A stretch of DNA of 60,592 nucleotides, filler included, from Catajapyx aquilonaris (taxonomy: Eukaryota), in NCBI GenBank assembly GCA_000934665.2. It is 4 parts of 4 records of this genome, joined end to end, with 100 filler letters (N's around TTAATTAATTAA, not from the genome) between each part and the next. Parts side by side here need not be neighbours in the genome. Positions count along the whole stretch, not along the records: positions 15,200 to 30,308 come from KZ539714.1; positions 30,409 to 45,408 come from JYFJ02007627.1; 2 more parts are not named here. One strand, written 5' to 3'. A program made the position numbers and the translations under genes. Below are positions 23,349 to 37,582 of this stretch, one piece after another (position 1 is the stretch's first letter; each line of letters begins with the position of its first letter). The notes beneath the pieces are model-generated. The model had not been told where the DNA came from. It did not search any database and saw only the letters and a list, made by a program, of their open reading frames with translations.

Positions 23349-26300
23349 AACTGACCAAAAGTGACCTCCGTTCTATGACCCCTTGACCCCTCTCTTGGGG
23401 GTCAAATGTCAATTAAGCTAATAAAAACCGTAGTTTCCAACTGATTTTGATCAAATTTGCTGGCGGGTAGGTGGCCCACCAAAATGGATGAAAAACCTAT
23501 ATGACATGACCTGGTCATATTGACCCCTTGACCTTTATTTTAGGGGTGCATGTTAATTTAGCAAATCCCGTAGTTTCCAACCGATTTTCTTCAAATTTGT
23601 TGGGTTGGTGGCCGACCCCAAAAGGAGGAAAACTGACAAAAAGTGACCTCTGTTCCATGACCCCTTGACCCCCATAATTATTATGCTTTTCCGGTGTTTA
23701 CCCAAGTACCACAATGTACCTACCACAATAATTTACGTTGGGTCTAAAATTCTTTTGGCCACTTTATCCTGGACTTGAATCAATCCTTCACACATACACA
23801 CCTGCTCAACGTTGAGCCTGAGCCAGGGGTTGCTTCAATACCAGGATAAAAAGGACAAAAGAATTTAAGCCCCAAAGTATGTAATAAGACGTTTCCTTTA
23901 AATCGAGCTGGGTATTGGATGTACGGTTTATGATACTGCAGTAGCCTATACATCAATGACTTGTATAACTAGCAGCTGCATTGTATTTTGTCATAATTAT
24001 ATACCGGAGCCCCCGTAAAACAAGAACGCCAGGCCAGATTTTTGATAACAAGACGTCCAGTGTAATGGCCATACATCGATCAAAATATGTTACAACTTAT
24101 CCCCTTCTCTATCTAAAAATCCAGCGTTTAGGGCGATAAACTATCTGAGGGATTGGGTCAATGATTATTATTAGTGTTGACAACTCTCCATTAGTTCAGT
24201 CTGATGATCGTCCAGCAAGAGACGTTACATCTGAACTGGCTGAAATTCTCAGGTCACAAGAGGCTACAGAGTGCGTATGGCTCGCTTTTGTTGTAGGGAT
24301 ATATAGGATTTCGCCCGAGGCTGTTATTTTTAGTAGCTTGGTGAGCCCCGATCCAGGTTCTCTATTATACTGTATAGGAACTGATATGTTCGACCACCTG
24401 GGAGTAGGCTAATTGTGTATACCTGTGTCGGGGCGGCAACAAGCTACAAAAAATTAACTCATTCGGGCAATATTAGCCGTAACTAAAAACTACCCTGATA
24501 CTTGGAACACCCTGTATAGGCAAACATGTAACTCTGTCTTAAAATATAATAGAGTAGATTTACTAAATTCGGAATTAATCAATGATGGGATATTTCACTG
24601 CACTATTATGGTTACACGTCTCCATTTAATGATGATTTAATTTCAGTAATCCGCGAAGAGAAGGACAAGGTGATGCTATATGAAGGAAGAGTAGGTTTTT
24701 ATCGAGCCGTGTATTACTGTGAGTTCCTAGATAACATCTACAGAATATGGACAGCCATGGAGAGGTTGCACCTTTGCCTCGAACTACTGCTGCCAACTCC
24801 CAGAGAATTCAAGGTAATGCACTATGAGATGCAGAAAAAGAAAAGACTGAAGAAGTGCGTCCCGACGTCAGGGGCAAAGAAGAAGGTTTGGATATGCTCT
24901 TCTAAGAATGCTCCTATCCCTCCACTGCCTCCCATAGGCCCAATTCGCAAGATGAACCAAAAGAATAGCCTCATCTACGAGCCAACTGAAAATGCGATAT
25001 TTGAATGGAAGAAGAGGCAGGAAGAGAAAGATACTAGAGAGATTTTATCCAAAACTATCCACGATTGAGATAGGAAATGTCTTCCTTATGTTGGCGTGAT
25101 GCATTTAAAGGCTAAAAGCAATGCAGAATTTCGACACTTAGAAACTTTTAAACAAGCCAAATGATTAACTCTTAAAAAGAATCCTTTTATGTCATCTCTC
25201 TGAATATTCAAATGTACCGGTGTAAAATAAATTCAAAATGTATGTGCATACTGGTACTGTACTTTTCACTAGCCCAAAAAGTGTGACTTTCCTACATCAA
25301 TGCCGCGGAGAGAATGGTCAGCCTTCTGTAGGAAACAACATTTTCCAAAGCTTTAGGCGTAAGCTGAGGTCGCGTTAGCCCTGGCCCAACCCAGCCAAGA
25401 CTGTTCACGCCACGCTAGCTCAAACAACACATTATACTTAATACATTCAGATGTCAACACGGCGCACTTACTCCAACAAGAATATCTCCACCTTACAGAA
25501 AAAAAAACTCCGGCTAGCTCAAAAAATCATTATTACCCAAAATGTGAAACATTACGTCCAAATTCACGACTATGATGGAGTAACGAGGGGGAACTGTAAA
25601 AAAATTCACAACCTGAAAGTGTTCAGTTTGTCTTGGTACTATATACGAGAAAAAGCCCGAGCAGCAATGTCAGAAACCGAAATAGAACTGTAGCGTCTGG
25701 TGCCTCGTAAGGTGTGATGCTCCAGATTGTCCGCCGAGCCTAGGCCTACCACTCTTTGCATGTCAACCGTGGCAGGCTGTCTTCGTTCAACAGAATAATA
25801 CTGCAATATCAGGGGCACGGCGGCACCGGCAGGCTACTCCGCCCTCAACAAACTTCCCTCTAAGTCGAACGTTATTGTGGCTTTGCCAATCACATACCAG
25901 CAATGAGCGCTTGACAAAGCCACATTAACGTTCTTTGGCCTGCGACGCGACGGCACGAGACGGACAGTATTGTTTGGCGGATAACAACCCACAATAAGCG
26001 TTCAGCTCGCAAAGCTCGCAAATAACTCAAACTATCGGGCAATGCGACGTACCATGTCTGGCAGGGCTACAACAAAGGACAGTATTGGTGCGGACGCCCC
26101 AACGCCCCACAGATACATTAACACAAAGTAGGGCTCCTGAGGGTTCCAGCATGACCATGGCTGCAGTCACCACCCCCATCACCAGCGCAAAAATTCATTT
26201 CTGTCCTTCCTATCCCCCATTCCGCCCTTTCCGCCTGCTTTCGGGGCAAAAGTGGCTTAGTGGCCCACAAATAACGAACATGCCTTATTGTAATAAATAG

Positions 26301-26684
26301 GGTAACAGTTCTTGTAAGAACATAATATTATTGTTAATAAATAGGGTAAAGTATTTCAACCATTTGCCAAACGACAATAGGGCGATTTATTACCAGCATC
26401 TACATCGAGTAGTGGGAAACAAGAAACTGCCACAACGCGTTCTGGGCCGTTTTCTGAAGCAGCCACGACACGAAATTCGTGTCGCGAAATTTTCGTTTAG
26501 TTCAGAATGCGTTGTGGCTGTCTCGAAAACGACCAATTTGCATTCTGGCTGTTTTGAAGACCAGAACCTGATCTGGACGTGAAACGTTATGGACAAGGTA
26601 AAAGGAAAAACACGCACACGCTCACAGAGTGAAGGAAGGTTGCCCTAACTGCCAAAAGAAGTGCTCCACTTCACCACACCATAA

Positions 26685-26836
26685 AGCTGCGTTTCCATGT
26701 GAGCGATTTGACGAGCGAAATCTTCGCCGAGGCTGAAATTAACAATCAATTTTCGCCTCAAAAAATATTTGTTGCTTGGGTTACTCAGCCTCGAAGAAGC
26801 CTTCGCTAGTCAAATCACTCACATGGAAACGCACCT
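26685..26836. mobile_element. PIF/Harbinger-type MITE
   Basis: TAA|AGCTGCGTTTCCATGTGAG...CTCACATGGAAACGCACCT|TAA. Confidence 0.8.
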
Positions 26837-26861
26837 TAATAGTCGGTTTTGGAAACTGGAT

Positions 26862-26865
26862 GATG

Positions 26866-26927
<62 letters not shown>

Positions 26928-27258
26928 CCGGGTATAGTGCTTGACCTCATCTGAGGTATATAGCACGGACCTTTATTTTATACTCATACATACATCGGAA
27001 CCTTTATACGTAACGCCCGGGCCCACGGGCAGGATGACAGGAGGGGATGTGCAAGGTGCAGTGCAATGTCTTTATGTGGCCATTTTTAGTGAACTCCCCC
27101 GGGTGGTTTAGTCTGTAGGAAATACCACCCGAGACGAAGCCAGAGGTGACCCAATGAACTCTGCACGAGATGAAGGGGGTGTCCCCGGGCTGGGATCGAA
27201 CCCGGGACCTTAACATCCGTGGGCGCATACATTACCGCAGCACCACTCCGCCTCCCCC
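26862..27258 (-). mobile_element. tRNA-derived SINE, family B
   Basis: Minus-strand head with GGTTCGATCCC B-box, (ATT)n tail, approximate TSD ggaa(a)ctggat; homologous to 57609-57987. Confidence 0.88.
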
Positions 27259-28278
27259 GGAACTGGATTATTGTTCCAACTATGAGGCACGTTACACGGC
27301 AGCTTTGTATCGCTTTTCAGGGAACCGCTTCGCATCGAGCGATTCATCGCCGTCGTGTAACTTGTGCTAAAGCGCTTAAATTCGAAGCGACGTTCGCTAG
27401 CGCCTTAAGATAAACTACCTTGTACAATCGCTTCAAGGGATTATAAGCGGGTTAAGCCTGCCGTGTAACTGGACGACCCTTCAAGAGCGCTCTCAAATAC
27501 GTTGCCAGCTGTCTTTGCAGCTACTAGGATCGCAAAAAAACTACATAACCACTAAATAGGCAACGCTGCTCCAAATCGTTCCCAACTCCAGAGGGGGTAG
27601 GAATTGGAAGGAGGTGGGGGATATAGGCTAAGGCGCCCCAAGGCCTCTCGTGTAACTCCCTACCGAAAGCGCTCAGGATTAACGCGGTTTAAGCGGAAGC
27701 GATACAAAACTGCCGTGCCACTGTATGAGCAAAAGAACACAAAAGAAAGTCGTCGTCGGCAGTCATTTGTGTACCATCTCAAAGATGGAATACATCAGAG
27801 GTTACCAATCTGTGTTACGCGGAACTCTAGGGTACTGTAACACCAGCATAGGGGTTCCGCGACAAATCTATATAAAAAAGCGAGTTTAATGGAGTGGAGG
27901 TGGCGATAAAAAGTTTCAGCAGTCCAATATTCTAACAAGATAACTGTGTCCGACCGTATTCATGAAATCTACTAATACATCGAAGATGAATCAATTCAGA
28001 GTCTGAAAAATTGCAACGCGTTTTCAATGCAATGCAGGTATGACAAATAGACGAATTCAACATTTTTTTCCCCAAAATTGAGTTATGGCCGCTGCCAGCG
28101 CCGTCAAGTGTTGCGTCGCATTCTGACAAAACTGGGTGGTCATGGGACAAATGACGTCAGAGTTAGAGCCGGAAATCAAAAGGGCGGATACAGCATCACG
28201 AAGATTGTGAATCTCATTGTCAGAAAAAAATAGGCAGTAAAACTGCCGAAAACTATTCTTCCTCTGGGTGAGATTAAA

Positions 28279-28528
28279 AGTAAGAAACAAGTCCATAGGT
28301 GGGGGTTGGTTCGTGTCATAGGGATGTGTGATAATCAAATTTAATTCAAAACATTCGTGCTTTGGGGCTGGGAAGAATTAGGCAGAGTATATGAGAGTCG
28401 GAGGAGTACATAAAAGCGATATCTGCCTAATTCTTCCCAGCCCCAAAGCACGAATGTTTTGAATAAATTTGATTATAACACATCCCTATGACACGAACCA
28501 ACCCCTACCTATGGACTTGTTTCTTACT
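28279..28528. repeat. Long hairpin with ~108-bp arms
   Basis: agtaagaaacaagtccatagg...aattaggcaga and its reverse complement. Confidence 0.9.
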
Positions 28529-29275
28529 CGTCACGTAACTCAAAAAGTAAAGGTTTTTCTCAAAAAAAGGTCGGCAGGAGGGGACGCCCTGGGAACATTG
28601 CGGTTCGAATAACAGATTGTATGACCCTCTACGACGCACCGTTTAGGCTGTACCCTGGTCTAAGTAACGACATTTTTTTGAACTTTGACCCCGGCTAATG
28701 ACCCCGGTAATGGCCCTAGTTGTTTATCTATCTAAAGTTTGAAACTGTAGTGAGCGGAGTGTAAATCTTGTTTCCGATTTGAAATCGATTAACCCGATCG
28801 CGAGTTATGAGTCGGGAAATTAACATTGGGAGCGTAGTGATTCCCTACTATTCTTTTTTGGCGGGCGCCGCTTCGCGGCGCAACCGGCAGGTGGAGTTGC
28901 CGGGCCAATACAACAGAAGAATTTCTTCAATGCAAAGTAGCAAATATTGTTATTTTTTAGATGTCATATTTCATTAGTGATTCCTCTCGTAGCTCTACTT
29001 ATTCCCCACTGTCTCTCACATTATTAACAGTAAACTTACCCAAAAATGCAGGGTGGTTCTCCCGAATAGAAACCCAAACATTCCTCAACAACTTTTTAAC
29101 TATGGTATGGTTCCCGATGTAAATTGACATGTACTTACCTTGTATCATGCCAAACAAGGTCTGACTAACGAATATAGCAAAATTGGTCCCCTCCAGCATC
29201 CATTTTTTTTAAAAATGCGAGTCTGCATATTGCCGAAGACTCCTGCAGATTGGACCATATTTCATATACACTATA

Positions 29276-29391
29276 CAGTATAACTTCTAGAACTCGAATT
29301 TCTATAACTCAAAGTCTTTGATAATAAGTCTCACAAAATTTGGAGTTTGGTTAATAGGAATAATGTAACATATTCATAACTAGAAAACTTC

Positions 29392-29438
<47 letters not shown>

Positions 29439-29895
29439 GAAGAAGAAGAAGAAGAATAATAATAATAATAGTTGTTTATTTACCTCCTTTGGGAAAATCC
29501 CATAACAAGAGGGGGAAGCATTTACAAGGTAATCTCAGCATGTTTCAATAATCTTGTGGCTTGTACAAAGTATGAATATAGCTGGTACAGGATATAGGGG
29601 GGAGGATCTTGCAACAATGCATACACTTTGTCGGGGGGACTCTAGGCCAATCATAGAGATGTGTACGTCTCGCTTGTTTGAAGAAGGAACACATAAATAA
29701 CATGATGGAGATCTATGGGATCAGGTGGATAACATAATGACTAATGAGCATTCCATAGAGCCATTAATACAGAGTCTGTATCCCTGGATAAATATAAACT
29801 TCTATATAGCCTAACTCGAACTCCTAGAAAGTAAGGCTATTTATGGTGGAATTTTGCAGCATATGCAGGAGGTTCGAGTTATCGAAGTTCTACTA
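29276..29895. mobile_element. Tigger/pogo-like MITE interrupted by an (AAT)n/(AAG)n-tailed insert
   Basis: TA|CAGTATAACTTC...AACTCGAA at the left end; TTCGAGTTATCGAAGTTCTACT at the right end. Confidence 0.5.
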
Positions 29896-30308
29896 TGCTG
29901 ATTGAGTTTACATTTAGTCTCTTTCAAAGGAATTCACAAGGGGGAAACAGCAAAGCTTCCGTTGGTCACTGAAATGGGGCGTAACAATACACTTCCGAAA
30001 CAACATTTCTGGAAAGACAGCTACGCATTCATGGGTGGGTTCCACAATTTTCACAAAATCATTAGCGGATAGGGCCTACACTAATTCCTCTATCTCTACA
30101 TAGAGAATCACCATCAGCACTTGGATGCAGTGTGAATCCTAAAAGAATGCATTGCAAATTATTCGACATGAGAGTTGTGACCTTCACAACAACAACAACA
30201 ACAACATCATGACATTTCCCTATGAGGGGTAGTCAGCGATGAAGGGAGACGCAAGCTAACCCAACATATGAACTAATAAAACTCATGAGAATAAACCTAA
30301 AAACAACC

Positions 30309-30408
30309 NNNNNNNNNNNNNNNNNNNNNNNNNNNNNNNNNNNNNNNNNNNNTTAATTAATTAANNNNNNNNNNNNNNNNNNNNNNNNNNNNNNNNNNNN
30401 NNNNNNNN
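30309..30408. other. Artificial 100-nt N spacer
   Basis: N-run with TTAATTAATTAA core. Confidence 0.95.
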
Positions 30409-31362
30409 GGTGATTAAAATCCTGAATGCTAATTCCCACGCTTGTATAGTGTCTGTCGCCAGGATTAATTTATTTTCGTTCTTAATTTTACCCACTCATT
30501 CTCTTCCCATACAGCTCGTGCCTTACAACATTTATATGAACTTTCCGTGCGTAGAGGAATGATTGTACCCCTCAATTGAACCCTGCAGGTCACGTTGCCG
30601 CCTCCCTTTGACATGTACTGATTGGCATTGAGCACCGAGGGTGAAAGAAGCAGGAAGATGAAGAGGATATACATAGCAGGTACTACATATCAGGAGGTGT
30701 ATGTATGGGGGTGTCCTAAAAAAGAGAACGGAGCTCACCTTGGGGGCTAGGGGATGAGATATACGTATATATGTGTGAGAGCGGTATGTGAGTGTATATG
30801 TGCGAGCAAGAGAAAGGGTGTAAGTGCTGCAGTTTATACGGGAGGGGCCGGAGAAGGTCGTCCTCTTCTCTGCACTGGTTCGACAACTGGCTCTTCTTCA
30901 CTGGCCTCTGGCCAAACCTGATGTTGTGGTGGAGGGGCAGATTTACCCCCCCCCCNCCCCCCCCCCCCCTCTCTCTTTACTTTTCTTGCTTAATCTTCTC
31001 ACCTTCATTGCCTATAAATCCTTTCCCAATCCCTGCCCAAACGGCTCTTTAATAGACTTAACGATGCTGATTACGTCCCCTTGGGTGAAGGAGTCTCACA
31101 ATGAAGACATCATAACGACTCCAGTCACCACTTATCAAAAAAAAAAAAAGAGTCATTGCATGCAAGCTGCTTGAAGCTTGCATTTTCACAGAGTGCACTC
31201 GACATGTTATCGATTTAGAGTCCGGAAAATTCGTGCCTAAAATTGTACTACCGGCACACATTACACGTTGCATGTGCATGATGGTGTCTGTGACACAACT
31301 CTATATAACATGTGGGCAAAACATGTACGTTACAGTAATTGGAGCACCCGACAGTGTTGTAG

Positions 31363-31663
31363 AAGCACCAAAATACCTCGTGTAACATTACCGTTTTCAC
31401 CAAATTTTTCAATTTAATTCACAAATCAGAAGGAAATTATGCTGATAAAAAATTACACAACTGAAAAATCCCGTTACATGTTACAAAAATATCAGATCAT
31501 GTGTCACTCCGTATAAGCACCAAAATACCTCGTTCATATATTTTTTAAACCCGCAATTTAATTCCCCCGTTCATAACATCCAACGCAGTATTATGCTGGC
31601 GAAAAAATCATACAACTAAAAAATCCCGTTATGTTACAAATTAATCAGATCTTGTGTCACTCC
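31363..31663. repeat. Diverged tandem duplication, ~152 bp x2
   Basis: aagcaccaaaatacctcgt...aaatcccgtta...tcagatc.tgtgtcactcc at 31363 and 31515. Confidence 0.8.
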
Positions 31664-34600
31664 AAACCGTGAGAGATGCTTCTCCGCAAAATAAGTGTTG
31701 CCCTCCAGCAATGTCACAGTTAATGAATATTCATTTGAATATTCTTAGTAACACACTCCTGTTCCCTGAGTCGGGAAATCTGATCGGAATCACTACGGCA
31801 CTCCCTGTTTACGATAGTCTGTTTAATCTTTCTAATTACTTTTTGCTTGAGAAAACTACTGGCCATAATTATGATCCAAAAGTGACTTCAGATGATGGCC
31901 AGCAGAGGTTCCAATGTTTCATTTCAAGTATTTAAAAAAACAGTTATCCGTACATTATTGCTCAGCACAGTAGGCGAATAGATTCCAGCTGACTCAACAG
32001 CACCAGGAAAATGTCTAAACGCATTACAAAAATAGTCAATTAGATCCGACCAAGAACGCGGCCAGGGAAGCTGTTTGTTATCAAAATGTCACTTCTTCGG
32101 CGTGCATATGTGACACGGCAGTAGTCTGACAAACACCTTGTAAATCACTCCATCGCCCAGCTTGTCTCAAATCCAGCGCACCCTACTGAGACTTCACTGT
32201 TCGTGTTGTCAACATCCAGATTAGCAATCGTCAACAATATTTGCGCACGGATGAGAATAAACAAGTGCAACCGATCAAGGGTATTAAAGTCAAGTTGGCC
32301 CATTTCTTATGTACACTTGGTCAGTACTGTACAGCACCCTGTATATGGGACGGATGATTCGCAGGCAACCAGTCGTGAGGCCAGGGTCTTCTTCTCTTTC
32401 ATTTTTAAACTCACTTCAGACCAGTCTTGGCTTAATTGCGGATGCCATGCAGGTACATACCAGGGCTTATTATACACCTCGAGGCTTCACTCGCTGACAA
32501 ACTATGCGGCGGAATAGCGGTTTCCGTCTGACATTGGCTCTCATGGCCTTCGAAACACCTCATTTTTTATATGCACACGCACACACTCTCACTCGCAGCA
32601 TCTTATCCAAAAGAGGATGTCTCAATACTTCTCTTCCACTTGTCACTGTATGGGGCATCCGGTGGCCTTATACTTCCCAGCTTTCTCGTAAACACGTGTA
32701 AAATGTGGCTCTTCTGCTTTTTTCTATCTCTCAGGATATAGGAAAAGCGTGTCACTCAATTCGGGATGACTTCATGCAGGCAATTTTGCTTGTCAGTAAG
32801 TCAGTCGATTTCTCACCTGCCACGCCTGCCTAAGGTGAAAATACTTCATTCTTCTTCAGGGTACGAGAGTGTCTATTCTTGAGTTATTTATTTACATCGT
32901 AAGTACCGTAAGCGAGACGACATTGGAGGTGCACTGATGATTAACAACGTAAACATGACCGCTCGTATCATGCTAACTCAATTTAACAGAAATGCCTAAT
33001 TTTTCACACACAACCATGCCCTTGTAATTAAACCATACAGGTGGCCATCATCTTCAAGAAAAAGGACCAAGCGGCAGGATACAGAGAGCAAAAGCAATGC
33101 GCAATGAGCGGTATTGCAGTTGTATTTTTATTTGCATTTCTTTCGTTTGACTGGCCAGAAAAATATATCCCATCGACGTCCATTTTCATCCTGTTATCAC
33201 TTGAGGACCGGTTGTACCACGGCAGGTACATAACATACAGCAAGTTTATTCTTATGGCCTTACCTGTCTCGGGACCGAGCTTAACCACGAGTTTATTACA
33301 TGTTTGGTAACAAGATTATAGGAAGAAGGAGTATCATAAGCAGTACAACCATGGTGCAACAGTTGGTCCTTTGGGACGGGATATTACAGTTAAATTGTGA
33401 TTATGAGAGTCGAGTCAATAAGTTTACAGAGGTACAGTACAGTACAACCAGTTTACTGAAAAATGCAACTTGCAAAAACTGGTGAGTTGGAACAGGCAGC
33501 ATGTACAACCCAATAGATATGCATCGGAAAAATATAAATAAATAATGAATATGACGCAAAACGAACAGAGGGTTTAAATTAGCGATTGGGTAGAGGGGGG
33601 GGATTAGCATAAAAATCAATATTGCAATATCGACGTTCGATGTTTACATGCGTGCTTGTTTGTGTGAAAGTGTCACTTCCAAATAATGATTCGTCCTATT
33701 ATTATCAGCTGCGAATATATAAATTGCTTCAAATCCACCAATGGGGATTCGATATGTATACTGCACATTTACTAAATGCAGATAGGAAAAACAGGTCACA
33801 CCGAGATTATTTTTAGTGCAAATTCCGTACAGTTGATTCAAATCAAAGCGATGTTTCCATCAATTTGAGTACAATTAAATCAACCGAAAAATGACCATAA
33901 GAACTCAGTTAATGAGTGCATATTAATTAAAAGCCACTGAAAATAATAAACAAAGTAATAATCATAGACTGTGGCACATACGGTAATAACTGTACAATAA
34001 TTATACATACAAAAATGCAGGAATGAAGTGCATTTACTTATTATACGTGCAAAAAAGTTCGCAAAAATTTGTCTTAGGCCCTGACAGCTGCTGCAATCAC
34101 GAAACAATGCCAACTATTGCTTTTTCACTCTTACCTCACACCCGAATCAGGAAGAAAAGTGCATTTTTGCCCATTAAAAGTCTATATCATGTAGACTCCC
34201 GTTTTCTCCGTCGCCTAAAAATCAGTTATTCCGCACACCTATATACAGGTAACATTATACGGTAGCATAAGGTTGCATATTGCACCAGGAAAAATAAAGA
34301 GAGATTAAAAAGCAAATGAATGATGCGATCCACCAGGTAACAGATCGTAACAGGTTGTACAGCACGCTATGAATGGGCTGTGATTGTGTTACGATCAAAG
34401 GGGAGTCTACAGGGTGTATCACCAACGAAGTTGCTAACTTGTTTTGTTGTCAACAATGAATCTTCTGTCGTTTTTCCAGCCGGAAAATTACCTGGAGGCG
34501 ATCCATCCAACACCAGCAACAATCATGAATGTGGGTTGCTTCCTTTTCAGACATGATGATGGGGTACTGGACAATCGCATGGACTGTGTGCCACCCTGTG

Positions 34601-36790
34601 GCTTATGTGGTAGTGAAGAGGAGAAGTATAAGTAGTAATGTAAGGGGGGGGCTTTCTCTCAGATAGGTAGGCAAGACATATGTCAAGGTGTGTATATGAT
34701 GAGGGAATTCGTCCTTCCTAAACTCTCACCGGTGAAGGAAGGCTGCGAGACTGGTAGTGTCTGGGATGCGGTTGTCCAGCCGCATTTATCATGTAGGCAG
34801 GTTTCGCTTTGGGGAAGAGCATGTGCCATGGTGGGTGGGTGGGAGGGGGACAAATCAGGTGGGGAGACCCGTTTCCATGATTGTTTCCTCCACGTGCATG
34901 GGCCACTTAAGGCCTGACCTGCCTCCACGACCACAAGAGAATCGTATCAAAACCTGATGTCTCTCGCACGGGTCTCAAATGTGGCGAACACATGTGAAAA
35001 TACGCCCCCCTTTTTTAAAAATGTGTTTTTGGCTTATATGGCGTCTCTGACCATTTGTTTGGGATCTCTGATATTGCGTCATGCAGCTGGACGCCACATT
35101 CCCTTTTCACTCTTACTTCATTGTAAAATATTGTGCGGGATTTTTAATGTGCTGAATCACACTCGTTGTGCGAGTCCTGCGGTTCTTGTGAATTGAGCAT
35201 TCGCGGTTATCGGGGTCGTTTTACTCGGCACAACCTGGGCCTGGTCCGGAACTTCGTCCAACATTTGCATAATATCAATACTGATTAATTATGTTCGTAC
35301 TTAGTGTGTTTGGATCCTAAATAATTCATTCATATTGTTATGCAATCAAACCAGAGAAGGGGTGCTGACAACCAAAGCATGCTAGTGGTTTTTAAACCAC
35401 TTAGTTAATTATTTGAATTTAGCATTGTTGAAAGACATTGTGCACACTTGTAACATAGTCTGTGAAATAGAAAGCTAATATCAGTGGCGCAATCGGCCTG
35501 TACAAAATAAATATATTTAATCGTGATTGTAAATTAAATTTCACGAATATCAGCCACTACTCTGTTGGCAGTAAGATCAAAATCAGCCAAAATCAGTTTC
35601 CCAAGGAATTCTTCATAGGATTTGTACCATGTGACCAACAGGGTTGCTATGTTAGGAGTCCCAACACATGCATAGGACTGGCATCAATGTCTGCGCATAG
35701 AGGCATAAACAACATCGTTATCCACGGCTAACCTGAGCATCACAACAGCAAGATATGGTACATCAGCGTTCATGCTAACAGCAATATCGCCAAGAGGCAC
35801 ACAAAGTACGTTTTAGTCACCATGAAGCAATAATGTTGGTGGCATGCTGGCATCATCCGAGTGAACAGTCGGTCGTATTATTAATAGACTATACATAATT
35901 CCCTCAAAGTGAGCATGCATAACCCCTTCCGTTATAATTCTCTCCGCAATGAGAATCCCAGCAGGTGAAAGGGGGGGGGAGAAGGAAGAAGAAGAAGAAG
36001 AAGAAGAAGAAGGGGGGTTTGACTTGTGAAAGTCGGCCATACCACACGTATATGCTGGGTGATGCGATGGTGCCTCTCGATGGGCACCCCAAAGTCTCTT
36101 CTTCAGATTGCCAGAAAGTGTGATGCCGCCACGTCTCTTGTCACTGTCACAGCTTCTCATTGCAAGACCGCTCACAGCCTCTCACTCATCAACATCCGCC
36201 GCACTGTACCATTGGAGCAAGATAAAAATAGTCAGTCGAAGAATATACATTGCCTATACTATAATAAATAATAAAGCAATAAATAAACCACCAATAAATG
36301 ACATTATGCGTGACCCAATATCATTGGCAGAATCCATTTATTTGCAGATTAGACACTTTCATAGATGCGTCGATGCGACCTAATGTATTAACAGCTAATA
36401 TTTTTGAGAACCTAACTGCTCAAAAAATAGCGCCTACGAATAAGCATTTGCGTACAAAATAAAACAGCTACATGAAACGGACACTATACAGGATCATGCT
36501 TATTTTTCTGCCACGAGTCCAGTCTCCCAACGGCAGCTAAGAAGTTATGTAATAAATAATTCGCATAATGCTCGTACCATACCAAAAGTGTAATCATGAA
36601 AATTTGCCACTTCCTAGCAATTTCAGACCCATAAAGCTAATCGGCACCTCTTTCCATCCACTTCACCCGCATTTTTGATCCCCCCAATCACCCTGCTCAA
36701 GACGGGAAAAAAAACTGCAAAACGTGACATACCTCCACCAACGGTAATGCAGCTGCCAATATTAAGTAACACGTTACGCGAGATACAGAT

Positions 36791-36825
<35 letters not shown>

Positions 36826-37582
36826 TCGAGCAGGGTGATAAATGATCGGTCACCTAAAAATGATGGGCGCCAGTAATAACAAAAAAAAAGGAGAGGATTC
36901 AAAAGCGTTGGCACCAAAGTAAGCTTATAAAAAGCAAGAGGGAAGAAAGAGATGACCCTAATGAACAAATGAGGTGGATTGTGAAGGGATGAGGAAGAGA
37001 TGGGACACCAACATTAATTCAGAGAAGGGGGACTTGCACAGAGGATGAAGCCTTTGTGCTGTGAAGACGACTACTCGGTGTCCTTATACCGCTGTCCGGA
37101 AAGCCAGGGGGGGAGAAAGGCGGACACCAGAAGCGGCCAGTGAGTGGACACCCGCCGTCCCCAATCTGACCGCAAAAAGGACCCTTTCTGTTCCTACATA
37201 TTAGGGTGCCCAAATTATTATTAGCGTGCGCAACACAGTTCGCGCACGTTGCATGGTTGGCATTATCAGTGATAGCTGGGTATACTGGAAATAAGCGCTG
37301 CACTTATTTCCAACGCTACGGTTGGGGGGAGGGACAAAATGGCTGACATTATCGACGTTGCCAACTCTCTAAAAGTATTGTGTACAAATTTGATACACAA
37401 CGTGTGTGTATTTTTTTTTTGTACACTACACAATCATAATAGTGTGTGATGAAGACACACTTTGTGTACAGAAACTAACTAAAATGTACACAATTTGCAT
37501 TTTTTTAAAGCACAACTTGTGTACCCTGAATATTCTTTGTTATTACAGAGAAGGTTCCAGAACTAACCTCTGACGCTACGGA

